Shown here: positions 1 to 8,393 of the stretch, piece after piece
Numbering within the stretch: the stretch's first letter is position 1
Layout: every line of letters starts with the position of its first letter
Virus record (IMG/VR): IMGVR_UViG_3300032272_000014
Coordinates: 1-56,102 of that record
Source of the DNA: a virus
Taxonomy: Duplodnaviria > Caudoviricetes
Length of the DNA stretch: 56,102 bases
Strand: one strand, 5' to 3'
Notes under the pieces: model-generated
Databases searched by the model: none
Told to the model about the DNA's origin: nothing
What the model saw: the letters and a program-made list of their open reading frames with translations, nothing else
Program-made: the position numbers and the translations under genes

Positions 1-127
1 TTGTTAACGAGTTAAACGTTTTTTGCGAGTTAAAAGATAATTACTATATAAATATAGTCGAACAAGAAAAACGATATAGCAGCGACAAAAACGACTATAA
101 AAATAAAATAGTTATTGAGGCTAAAGG
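1..127. repeat. Terminal direct repeat identical to 55976-56102 (circular assembly overlap)
   Basis: Exact 127-nt match; an ORF reads through the junction. Confidence 0.95.
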
Positions 128-437
128 TTACTCACAAAGCGACTGGCAAACATACGTTTTGCATTATAACGAAAACGAGCTTAAAACATCTCAAGAAAGA
201 ATGTATTTTAGTGACCTTGTAAAACAATTAGAAAGAAGTTTCACCCATCAAAACGATTATTTTGTTGAAAAATTCGAACGTACCACAATAGACGGTAAAG
301 AATTCAATTCAGATCCCCATGATGTTACTACATTTTGTATCTTACATACTGAATTTCCTAATAAAGAAGCTGTTTTAAAAGAATATATTGAAATTTATGG
401 CATTGATTATGATGAAGCTATAATTGATATTGAATAA
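1..437 (+). CDS. Hypothetical early protein, 3' part; true start is ATG 55897 across the circular junction (~171 aa)
   Basis: Frame from 55897 is open through the overlap and in frame with ORF 159..437. Confidence 0.8.
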   Translation, partial: VNELNVFCELKDNYYINIVEQEKRYSSDKNDYKNKIVIEAKGYSQSDWQTYVLHYNENELKTSQERMYFSDLVKQLERSFTHQNDYFVEKFERTTIDGKEFNSDPHDVTTFCILHTEFPNKEAVLKEYIEIYGIDYDEAIIDIE

Positions 438-457
438 AAAAACAACTTCAAACAATC

Positions 458-488
458 AACCCGTTAATTAATTTTAGCGGGTTTATTT
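458..488 (+). terminator. Probable intrinsic terminator
   Basis: AACCCGTTAA...TTAGCGGGTT hairpin followed by T-rich tract. Confidence 0.55.
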
Positions 489-928
489 ATGCTTTGTTGT
501 CACTTACTGGCGATAAGGTAGTAGATGACCTTTATAAAAAAATAGTCTCTTAAAAGATCTAAAAAACGATTGATAAATAATAAATTTTTTTAACATATAA
601 TTAACATCTATTAAGATATAAATAACTAAATTTACTTAACTTTAAAAAACTAGAATATTATGCCACCTTTAAAAACTTATGTATTTGAATGTATATCAGA
701 TGCACAAACAGCAATTGTTATTTATGCTTATGAAGAAATAAGTGCAAAACGGAGAATGCAAAAACACGTTAAAGAACCGTCTAATTTTAGACTAAAAAAC
801 GAGTTATAAAAAACCCTAAACAATTGAAACATAAAGTAAATCTTTAAATGCAGATCACTAAAAAGAAACAATACCAAAAACTTAACCTACTTATCTATAA
901 AAAACAAACTTTAAAAAACTAAAAAATT

Positions 929-1141
929 ATGAAAACTAAAGGAATTTACGATATAGAAAAAATAGATAAAAAAGGCAATTTTATGGGTAAATTAAAATCT
1001 AATTTATCTTTTAATGAAGCTCAAAAAATAGTCTTTAACACTAAAGAAATAAAAAATGTAAACTGCTTAATTATAATAAAATATAAATTTATACATAATA
1101 AAGGACTTTACTTTTCAATAGTAGATAAAAGATATCTATAA
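929..1141 (+). CDS. Hypothetical protein
   Basis: ORF track; A-rich leader. Confidence 0.6.
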   Translation: MKTKGIYDIEKIDKKGNFMGKLKSNLSFNEAQKIVFNTKEIKNVNCLIIIKYKFIHNKGLYFSIVDKRYL

Positions 1142-1330
1142 AAATCTTAACCTACTTATTATAAAAAACAAACTTTAAAAAACTAGACTATTATGACATG
1201 TTACATTAAATATTTAGACTCAAAAAACAACTTTAAAGAGACGAAAAAAAAGAATTAAAAAAAATAGCAATTTCAGTAATTGTATTAATAATATTAACTG
1301 CTATAGGCATTTTAACAAGATAAAAAAACT

Positions 1331-1744
1331 ATGAGAACATTAATAAGAGCAAACCAGATATTCCAGGACGTACAGAAATTAGATGATGAAATACAAACTC
1401 TAAAAGACGCTATAAATAACGTCATAAATAACGATCTAAAGGTAGAGTTAGAATATAAGGTCTTAAATCCTCGTAAAAAAACAAACGTCTTAAATGAGGA
1501 CGGAGATTTAATCCTCGATAAAAAAAACGAATCAAAAATATCTTTTACAGGATGGATTGGTGATACAAGAATGTATAATTATGAAGATAAAAAAATGTCT
1601 GAAGAGGTAGAACGTTCTAACGATAAAGAATTAGACGCAAGTGAATTTGTGATAATGTTCGCAGCTCTATTGAGTTATAAAAAAAATCTTCGTAAAAAAA
1701 TGATTGAGGAATTTAAAAAACTAGAAACTAAAATAAAACTATAA
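1331..1744 (+). CDS. Hypothetical protein
   Basis: ORF track, 137 aa. Confidence 0.7.
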   Translation: MRTLIRANQIFQDVQKLDDEIQTLKDAINNVINNDLKVELEYKVLNPRKKTNVLNEDGDLILDKKNESKISFTGWIGDTRMYNYEDKKMSEEVERSNDKELDASEFVIMFAALLSYKKNLRKKMIEEFKKLETKIKL

Positions 1745-1746
1745 AA

Positions 1747-1908
1747 ATGGATTATATTGACGATTACGGAATAGATAAATATTGTACTTGTGAAAAACAC
1801 GGTTATGACTCACACACTTGTCCTTTTGCTGAAGAAATACTTGATGATAGTGAAAAAAAATGTAACTGTTGCCCTTACTGCGAGAATGAATGTAGTATGG
1901 CTATTTAA
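1747..1908 (+). CDS. Small Cys-rich (putative metal-binding) protein, 53 aa
   Basis: Hand translation MDYIDDYGIDKYCTCEKHGYDSHTCPFAEEILDDSEKKCNCCPYCENECSMAI; not in ORF track. Confidence 0.6.
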   Translation: MDYIDDYGIDKYCTCEKHGYDSHTCPFAEEILDDSEKKCNCCPYCENECSMAI

Positions 1909-1951
1909 AAAAAACTAGAAACTAAAATAAAACTATAAAAAAATAAATAAG

Positions 1952-2215
1952 ATGCAAGAACTAAAGTATATTTACGCTAGGGAGATAAAAAACAAATTAG
2001 ACACATTTTGGTTTGACTTTAATAAAATACACAAAGCAATAGAAGAACATAAGGAAAACAATAAAAAATATGAAGGTTTTAATATAAAAGAAAAAGTATT
2101 AAACCCATCTTTTGATTTTATAAATGAAGCGAGGCTAGTAGCTTTCTTAAACCAGGAAGTTAGTTTTATATCACAAAATATCGACCAATTAAACGAAGAA
2201 TTTAAAAAACTATAA
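1952..2215 (+). CDS. Hypothetical protein
   Basis: ORF track. Confidence 0.6.
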   Translation: MQELKYIYAREIKNKLDTFWFDFNKIHKAIEEHKENNKKYEGFNIKEKVLNPSFDFINEARLVAFLNQEVSFISQNIDQLNEEFKKL

Positions 2216-2362
2216 AAAAATGATTGTAAAGAACACAAAAACAGGAGAGGACGTTACTAAATATTGCTTACAGTATTTACATGACGAAATTACACAAGAT
2301 GAGTTTGAAAAAAGAACAGGTTTAGACGCTAGAAATATGCGAATAGACGTAAAAAATAAATT

Positions 2363-2587
2363 ATGACACCTAAAGAAGAAGCGAAAAGAATATTTGATGA
2401 GTATGATCGTATCGAAGTAGAAGCACCATTCTACATAATGAGTAGAAATCAAGCTAAACAATGTGCTTTGATTTGTGTGGATGAGACAAGTGGATATTTA
2501 ATAGACATGATAGGTATTGATTGGAATATAAGAAAAATATTTATACAGGAATTGGAAGAAGTAAAAAAAGAAATAGAGAAATTATGA
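2363..2587 (+). CDS. Hypothetical protein (MTPKEEA...AKQCALICVDE small phage protein)
   Basis: ORF track; resembles the next gene. Confidence 0.65.
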   Translation: MTPKEEAKRIFDEYDRIEVEAPFYIMSRNQAKQCALICVDETSGYLIDMIGIDWNIRKIFIQELEEVKKEIEKL

Positions 2588-2820
2588 AAACACCAGAATC
2601 AAAAGCACAAGAAATTATAAACTTACATTATTTTGGTTTATACGAATTGACTAAAAAACCAATACCAGGTGATGTGATGATACAAGCTATTGAGTGTGCT
2701 GTAATAGACGTAAGAAATACTCTAAGGTCATTAGGCAATATAGAAGGTCAGCACTCTACAATTTATGAGGAAGAAGATTTCCTGTTAGAAACTATTAAAT
2801 GCTTAAAAAAAATTCAATGA
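2584..2820 (+). CDS. Hypothetical protein, likely tandem paralog of 2363..2587
   Basis: MKTPESKA...AIECAVIDV vs MTPKEEA...AKQCALICV; ATGA overlap start. Confidence 0.6.
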   Translation: MKTPESKAQEIINLHYFGLYELTKKPIPGDVMIQAIECAVIDVRNTLRSLGNIEGQHSTIYEEEDFLLETIKCLKKIQ

Positions 2821-3032
2821 AAGATAATTTAACAATAAGACAAAAAGAAATAGAAGCTCATAGAGCAATAAATAAACATATTAGGACTACTTTTATGTCA
2901 GAAGTATTAGAAGGGCTTAAACAAGCTGTAAATGATGGTAATACGCCTGAAAGTTGGTTTGAATTAGGAGATAAACGCTTAGAGGAGTATGTTATTAAAA
3001 AATATTGCAATACATGGAGGGAATTGGTTTAA
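2799..3032 (+). CDS. Hypothetical protein
   Basis: ORF track. Confidence 0.55.
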   Translation: MLKKNSMKDNLTIRQKEIEAHRAINKHIRTTFMSEVLEGLKQAVNDGNTPESWFELGDKRLEEYVIKKYCNTWRELV

Positions 3033-3066
3033 ATTAACTATCTTACGAAATCTAATAATTAGTATT

Positions 3067-3606
3067 ATGACTAAAGAAGAAGAAAAAAAAGCGTATAGTA
3101 AAGCATATTACGAGGCTAATAAAAAAAAGTTGAAAGCACACTATGATGCTAATAAAGAAGAAAAAAAAGCGTACGATAAAGCATATTATAAGGCTAATAA
3201 AGAAAAAGTAAAAGAATATAGGGACGCTAATAAAGAAAAGAATAAAGCGTATAGCAAAGCATATTATCAGGTAAATAAAGATAAAAGTAAGGCATATCGT
3301 GAAGCAAATAAGGAAAAGATTAAAGCATATTATAAATATAATAAAGAAGAAAAAAAAGCTTATAGCCAAGTATATAGAAAATCTATAAAACACAAACCAT
3401 TAGTTTATTTATTACCTAAAGAAAATTATGTAGGTACAACAGAATGTATATCTTATAGAATCTCACAACATAAAAACGTAGGTAGAAATACAGAAAAATA
3501 TAAGATACTTAAACGTTTTGAAAATAGGGAAGATGCTCTAGTATTAGAACGTAAAATGCACAATATAGGGTTTAGTGGAAAACACGCAAATAATTCATAT
3601 CAATAA
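3067..3606 (+). CDS. GIY-YIG-like endonuclease with N-terminal KAYYEANKEK repeats
   Basis: LVYLL...YVGTT...RISQH...ALVLE motif; repeated K/A/Y-rich helical units. Confidence 0.6.
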   Translation: MTKEEEKKAYSKAYYEANKKKLKAHYDANKEEKKAYDKAYYKANKEKVKEYRDANKEKNKAYSKAYYQVNKDKSKAYREANKEKIKAYYKYNKEEKKAYSQVYRKSIKHKPLVYLLPKENYVGTTECISYRISQHKNVGRNTEKYKILKRFENREDALVLERKMHNIGFSGKHANNSYQ

Positions 3607-3608
3607 AG

Positions 3609-3845
3609 ATGGTACAATTCAAGAACATCTACGATCTAAGAAAGATTATAAAAAAATCAGAGGCGTATAACGATATGTCTCTGATTCAGCGTGTCATATT
3701 CCTAAAAAGAAACAACTTAAAAGCTATTGAGCATTCAATCTTTGTTATTAGAAATATTGGTTATGACAAATGGGAATCTCAAACAAACTCTATTCATTTG
3801 AATAAAAAAATAATTAAATCTATATTAGATGGGCAGAAAAGATAG
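3609..3845 (+). CDS. Hypothetical protein
   Basis: ORF track. Confidence 0.55.
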   Translation: MVQFKNIYDLRKIIKKSEAYNDMSLIQRVIFLKRNNLKAIEHSIFVIRNIGYDKWESQTNSIHLNKKIIKSILDGQKR

Positions 3846-4062
3846 TTGGTGGGGAAAAACTAAACCTATAGCTAAAAGAGTTGACAAAGAGGTTTGGCTT
3901 GAGTTTGAGAATGTCTGTGAGGCTATAGGTGTAGGTGAAGAGGCTATGATTAACGAGGTTATAAAAGAATTTTGCAAAGACATGAGACACGCTCAAAAAC
4001 ACCATAAAAAAACTATCTACGGTGATTTATTTCCTACTTACGGAACTGACTTAAAAAAATAA
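3829..4062 (+). CDS. Possible ribbon-helix-helix DNA-binding protein
   Basis: AKRVDKEVWLEFENVCEAIGV...MINEVIKEF strand-helix-helix pattern. Confidence 0.4.
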   Translation: MGRKDSWWGKTKPIAKRVDKEVWLEFENVCEAIGVGEEAMINEVIKEFCKDMRHAQKHHKKTIYGDLFPTYGTDLKK

Positions 4063-4070
4063 TTCTATTT

Positions 4071-4298
4071 TTAAAAAGGACAATCATCATCTAATGGTAT
4101 TAATTCTATATTTTCACGTAATTTAGATTTAACTAAAAAAGTTTTGTTGTCAAGCCAAATACCAATTGATCCACCGTTAGATGTTATTTTTTTAAGTCTA
4201 TTTGTTTTAGAATTATAAACCTTTCTATTCGCTGTTAATTTAATATTTGGATGGCTTATTACCTGCCATTTAGGTGTGAGTTCTATTTTCATAATCAA
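4071..4298 (-). CDS. Array-terminal small protein (paralog of 21920..22144), NUMOD4-like
   Basis: HPNIKLTANRKVYNSKTNRL...CPF vs HPHLKVTRCKKVINTKTNKM...CPF. Confidence 0.7.
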   Translation of the reverse strand: MIMKIELTPKWQVISHPNIKLTANRKVYNSKTNRLKKITSNGGSIGIWLDNKTFLVKSKLRENIELIPLDDDCPF

Positions 4299-4314
4299 AG
4301 AGTAATTTATTAGT

Positions 4315-4327
4315 AATCAGTTGTTTA
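4315..4327 (+). promoter_or_regulatory. IHF-consensus-like site beside the attI-like site of array 1
   Basis: AATCAGTTGTTTA fits WATCARNNNNTTR; mirrored at 21913-21925. Confidence 0.5.
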
Positions 4328-4340
4328 ATCTTTGGCTTTA

Positions 4341-4370
4341 TTAACTATACACTATTGTTATAGGCAATCG
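4341..4370 (+). other. attI-like terminal recombination site of array 1
   Basis: TTAACTATACACTATTGTTA is 19/20 identical to the reverse complement of 21881-21900; GTT core at 4357. Confidence 0.6.
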
Positions 4371-4390
4371 CCTTCGGACGCATCCAGAAA

Positions 4391-4573
4391 TCATAAAAGA
4401 TTTTTAAGGTCATTAACCACGGATTTTAGAATATTCATTTTAACTTGGTATTTTAAAGCTAAATCAAACTTTTTACTTTCAGCAAACCTTACTTGCATTT
4501 GACCTAATTCTAAAATCCTTAGTTCGTAACGTTTAATTATCTTTAGTAATTTATCAATGTTTATTTCTTTCAT
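4391..4573 (-). CDS. Cassette hypothetical protein
   Basis: Bracketed by perfect 14-bp IR GTTATAGGCAATCG (4357) / CGATTGCCTATAAC (4606). Confidence 0.65.
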   Translation of the reverse strand: MKEINIDKLLKIIKRYELRILELGQMQVRFAESKKFDLALKYQVKMNILKSVVNDLKNLL

Positions 4574-4859
4574 AACAAATCTTTTATAATTTTCCTCTGT
4601 ATGCTCGATTGCCTATAACGCTCACGGTAAGGCTGCGCATCGGCAACTGTCAAGGATTACTTGACAGTTCATTTATAAACCGAAGGCAACAGCATATAAC
4701 ATAGTATATGAACTATAGATGCGAAGCCTATGCTCTAACCGTGTATGCTTCGCATCCACAGAGCATATACCGTGAGCGTTGTAGGTAATGGCGCATACGT
4801 GTTACTCACTCATACGCTTTAGGTGCGCCACTACCCACAACACGGTATATACATAATCA

Positions 4860-5279
4860 CTAATATTCGTCTTCGTCAGTAAAAGCATCTAAAATTGGCT
4901 TCCAGTTTGCGATAGTTCCAGTTTCGTCAACGTCCATAATAATGTAGTCGCCATAACCGTTTTCTTTTGGACTCATTATCTTTGGTACGTAATCGTCAAT
5001 CTCTTTTACTAACATTTGGTTATCATCCAAAAGTCTGTACCTACCATCATCGCAAACTTTGTAGTGTATTTCAGCTTTTGTACCCTCAACCCAGTTAAGT
5101 ATTTTTCCAGTTTCAATGTTTATTAATGGACACCAGTTTCCACCGCTTCTACAAGGTATTAATTTACCTGTTTCATCTTCATTACCGTTTACTGTGGCAT
5201 CTTCCCAATACCTAACACCTGCCTCTACTTGCAAATACTTAACTTCAAATTCTCGTTTAATTTTTAATTCTACTTTCAT
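4860..5279 (-). CDS. Hypothetical phage protein (VRYWEDATVNG) inside an attC loop
   Basis: ORF lies between arms 4844-4860 and 5321-5337. Confidence 0.75.
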   Translation of the reverse strand: MKVELKIKREFEVKYLQVEAGVRYWEDATVNGNEDETGKLIPCRSGGNWCPLINIETGKILNWVEGTKAEIHYKVCDDGRYRLLDDNQMLVKEIDDYVPKIMSPKENGYGDYIIMDVDETGTIANWKPILDAFTDEDEY

Positions 5280-5489
5280 TTTACTTTCGTTTTTATAATT
5301 AAATTTTGTCTTAAATTCCCGTGACTATGCATATACCAATACGTTGTAGTTAATTGTGCCACATAGGTTTTTTACAATTCTTGCAACGGTTTCTATCTAT
5401 TTTATTTATACTGCACATCTTTGGTTGTTTACATTGGCACAACTTCACTTCGCTAATTTTGATATTTATAATTGCTTTATTCATAACTA

Positions 5490-5678
5490 TTAAATATCGT
5501 CTTTTATATCATCTCTAGTTATTACTTTCGCTTCGTTAACAACAACACTACCTATACGTAATTGCTCTTCAATACCATTTAATTTGTGTAGTAATTTAGA
5601 TTCTGCTTTTATAGATATTTCACCCATATTTTGAAGATGTAATACCTCATATCTTAATTCTTTAATCTTGTCTTTCAT
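5490..5678 (-). CDS. Junction-spanning small protein (EQLRIGSV|V)
   Basis: Site core 5544-5546 read as in-frame Val. Confidence 0.65.
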   Translation of the reverse strand: MKDKIKELRYEVLHLQNMGEISIKAESKLLHKLNGIEEQLRIGSVVVNEAKVITRDDIKDDI

Positions 5679-5775
5679 TTTTGTTATTTTAAGTTATTAA
5701 TCCACGCAACTACGTATAGCCTTTGCCGTTAGAGTGCATTAAAACGCACAATAACAATGTATAAACAAAATACGC

Positions 5776-5979
5776 TCATTCACCACCTAGCTTTTTTAGA
5801 TACCAATTAATATCTTTGCCAGTAGATTTTTTACGCATTTCATCTAAGTCATTTTTAACCTTTTCTTTATTTGTTAATATGTACTTTCTTAGTGCAATCT
5901 TAGCTTTATCAAATTTATCCATTCGCTTTACTTTGTTTATACCTTTGTTAGCGTTCATTGTCTTTTGCTTTTTAACCAT
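5776..5979 (-). CDS. Hypothetical protein in attC loop (true start probably internal MDKFDK)
   Basis: ORF track; loop 5753-5949. Confidence 0.5.
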   Translation of the reverse strand: MVKKQKTMNANKGINKVKRMDKFDKAKIALRKYILTNKEKVKNDLDEMRKKSTGKDINWYLKKLGGE

Positions 5980-6197
5980 TCTTTTAAGCTCTCGTTTGTT
6001 TCGGTGTTTAATGCTTCGTCAATCTTTCGTTCTAATTCTACCAAATCCAACGTAACGCTAACACGTTGTATAAGTAATTGCTTTTCACAGTAATTATCAG
6101 CCAACTTTACTAATTCATTAAACACATAGTCATTACCCAATAAGCTGTCAGGGTCAGGGTGTTCTGTTCTTACAAATTCTAAAAATCCTTTATACAT
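5955..6197 (-). CDS. Junction-spanning small protein (QLLIQRV|S)
   Basis: Core 6060-6062 in frame. Confidence 0.65.
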   Translation of the reverse strand: MYKGFLEFVRTEHPDPDSLLGNDYVFNELVKLADNYCEKQLLIQRVSVTLDLVELERKIDEALNTETNESLKEWLKSKRQ

Positions 6198-6291
6198 ATC
6201 TATTAAGTTTATTAATTATTCACGCAACTACTCATACAACCATACGTTGTAAAACATTAAAACGATTTTACAACACGGTATATAAAACAAA

Positions 6292-6507
6292 CTAACTTAG
6301 TGGTAATTTTTTAGCTATTAATTCATCCCAATGGTCAGTATGTGTTTTTATATCGTCAAACATTGTAATCGTGTACCAGCTTAATTCTGTTTTTGTAAAT
6401 AAGTTAAAGAAGTATTTTTTTTCAATATTCATTTTAACCTTTATTTCCCATTCACCATCACCAAAAAATCTCATTGGCATTTGCTCATAATTTAGTAAAG
6501 TTCTCAT
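6292..6507 (-). CDS. Hypothetical protein in attC loop
   Basis: ORF inside 6272-6554. Confidence 0.6.
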   Translation of the reverse strand: MRTLLNYEQMPMRFFGDGEWEIKVKMNIEKKYFFNLFTKTELSWYTITMFDDIKTHTDHWDELIAKKLPLS

Positions 6508-6564
6508 ATTAAGTTTTTATTTGTTTAATTGTTCGTTTCATATACCAATACGTTGTAAGTAATA

Positions 6565-6744
6565 CTAATCATCTAGTAAAAATCGAAGCAATTTTATTTG
6601 TGCGTTCAATTCGTTTCCTTCTTTTTGGTATTCTTGTACAACATCGTTATCTCTACAGTTTTCGTATTCATAATCAAACCACGCTACAATTAAAGCGTAT
6701 TCTTTTATTTTTCTTTCTAGTGCTTCTTTTACTTTTTTCTTCAT
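6565..6744 (-). CDS. Cassette hypothetical protein, 59 aa (MKKKVKEALERKIKEY...)
   Basis: Hand translation; fills cassette 6552-6784. Confidence 0.6.
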   Translation of the reverse strand: MKKKVKEALERKIKEYALIVAWFDYEYENCRDNDVVQEYQKEGNELNAQIKLLRFLLDD

Positions 6745-6982
6745 CTTATCAAGTTTTTAGTTATATACCCGTACTACTTACAACATCGTGTATATGGCAT
6801 TAAAACGACCACATACACACAGCGTTGTAATCACATTTAAAAACGTGTTACAACAATAAATATAAGTAATGCTTCACTTGGTTTTTAAACCATCTTTTGC
6901 AGATTATTACAGTTGTTGTCCATCCGAAAGGGTTATCTCTGTTTTTCATCGCACTACTCATATTCTTGTCATTAGCAAACAT

Positions 6983-7294
6983 TTATTTGTTAAGGTCTAT
7001 ACAAGTCGGGCAAGTTTCGTGTCCATCCATAAATTGATGCAATCCGCAAAAGTTGGTAAAACGTTTGCTAACATCGTGTATAGGTAATACTAACTTTCCT
7101 GCTTCATACAGAGTTATGTCTTTTAAATGCAAACAATCTTTAGGGTATTCATTCACGTAATAACTTTGCCCAACCAATTTGCAACTTTCACACATTCCTT
7201 CACCACAATACCATTCAATGTATTCAGGGCAACTTTTACTTCTACAAAATTCAGAGAAGTTGTTTACTTTATTGTTTGCTTTACTTTCGTTCAT
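6983..7294 (-). CDS. Junction-spanning Cys-rich protein (LPIHDV|S)
   Basis: Core 7070-7072 in frame; CxxC motifs on both sides. Confidence 0.65.
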   Translation of the reverse strand: MNESKANNKVNNFSEFCRSKSCPEYIEWYCGEGMCESCKLVGQSYYVNEYPKDCLHLKDITLYEAGKLVLPIHDVSKRFTNFCGLHQFMDGHETCPTCIDLNK

Positions 7295-7359
7295 AATTCA
7301 AAATTTTAGTTTTTTAATCCGTACTACCCATACACCAAACGTTACCAAACGTATACTGC

Positions 7360-7590
7360 TTAGTTACGCATATCATCAAAGTATCTTATTGCATCGTCAA
7401 TTGTTTCACAGTCTTTAAGTTCATTTACTATTTCACCAGCAGTAAACGATTTGGTAACACCGTGTATAGTTAATGCTCTAACCACCTTGTTAATTGTCTT
7501 TATATCTTCTGGAGGTATGTTATTTACCTTTCTGTGATTGTTTCTGTTTAAAATCTTTTTAAGCCTATTTGCTATCTCTGTTGCTGTCAT
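7360..7590 (-). CDS. Junction-spanning small protein (LTIHGV|T)
   Basis: Core 7456-7458 in frame. Confidence 0.65.
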   Translation of the reverse strand: MTATEIANRLKKILNRNNHRKVNNIPPEDIKTINKVVRALTIHGVTKSFTAGEIVNELKDCETIDDAIRYFDDMRN

Positions 7591-7661
7591 TGTTATATTT
7601 ATTAAATTAAGTTCTTAAAAGTCGCACTAACCATACACAAGTACCGTTGTAGTGCATTGTG

Positions 7662-7889
7662 CTAAATATCTTCTATCACTATTTTAGGTATGTGTTTAGT
7701 CACTTTAAACTTAACCCTAACGGTTTTACCATCTAAGTCGCACAACGTACCCTCTGGCACAACAACACTACCTATACGTAATTGCTCTTGTTCGCATTCA
7801 TTCCACACCCGTAACAAGGCTTGTTGCACACTTATATTATCAGGATAAGCTGTCTTACTTTGTATTTCTTTAATTCTGTCTGTTGTCAT
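7662..7889 (-). CDS. Junction-spanning small protein (EQLRIGSV|V)
   Basis: Core 7764-7766 in frame. Confidence 0.65.
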   Translation of the reverse strand: MTTDRIKEIQSKTAYPDNISVQQALLRVWNECEQEQLRIGSVVVPEGTLCDLDGKTVRVKFKVTKHIPKIVIEDI

Positions 7890-7957
7890 TATTTCTATTT
7901 ATTAAGTTTTGTGTTTAATTTTCCGCAACTATGCATAGCCTTGTCCATTAACTACAA

Positions 7958-8089
7958 TTATTTTTTTGCCTTCAACACGTGCTCACTCAGTACGTCTTGT
8001 ATGTAGTTTTTTAAGTCCTTATTTGCAAGCACAGCTAATATCTTTAAAGGCTGTACATCTTCTTCTTTTATGTCTATATTTTTACGCAT
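7958..8089 (-). CDS. Ribbon-helix-helix-like regulator, 43 aa
   Basis: Hand translation MRKNIDIKEEDVQPLKILAVLANKDLKNYIQDVLSEHVLKAKK. Confidence 0.55.
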   Translation of the reverse strand: MRKNIDIKEEDVQPLKILAVLANKDLKNYIQDVLSEHVLKAKK

Positions 8090-8225
8090 CTTTTAAATCT
8101 TTATAATAATCAACAATCTTTCTCGCTATTACAAAATACATCGTAGGCGAAATTGAAACACCACCATTTGCATAATCTCTTTGCTCGTGGTATTTCAATA
8201 TTTCTATAATTTTTTCTTCAGTCAT
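8082..8225 (-). CDS. Hypothetical protein, 47 aa
   Basis: Hand translation MTEEKIIEILKYHEQRDY...; tightly coupled to neighbours. Confidence 0.5.
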   Translation of the reverse strand: MTEEKIIEILKYHEQRDYANGGVSISPTMYFVIARKIVDYYKDLKDA

Positions 8226-8228
8226 AAT

Positions 8229-8393
8229 TTATTGTTTTGCGTAAGTTGGAATCTTACCAGTTAAATACATTTTGTAAGCAAATTTAGTAACACCTTCAAA
8301 ATCGTTTTCTATATTTTGTAAATAAGAATCTTGTGAGTTATTAAAGTTGATTCTTGCAGTTCTAAATTCGTTGTAAGTTAATTGAGTTTTCAT
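8229..8393 (-). CDS. Hypothetical protein, 54 aa
   Basis: Hand translation MKTQLTYNEFRTAR...; follows promoter. Confidence 0.55.
   Translation of the reverse strand: MKTQLTYNEFRTARINFNNSQDSYLQNIENDFEGVTKFAYKMYLTGKIPTYAKQ

Noticed and set aside
3052-3393. Phe/Ile-rich membrane protein on - strand
   Set aside because: Antisense shadow of the Lys-rich repeat gene
4071-4298. Array-terminal gene as an integrase remnant
   Set aside because: No R-H-R-Y catalytic pattern; two intact diverged copies argue for a distinct small protein
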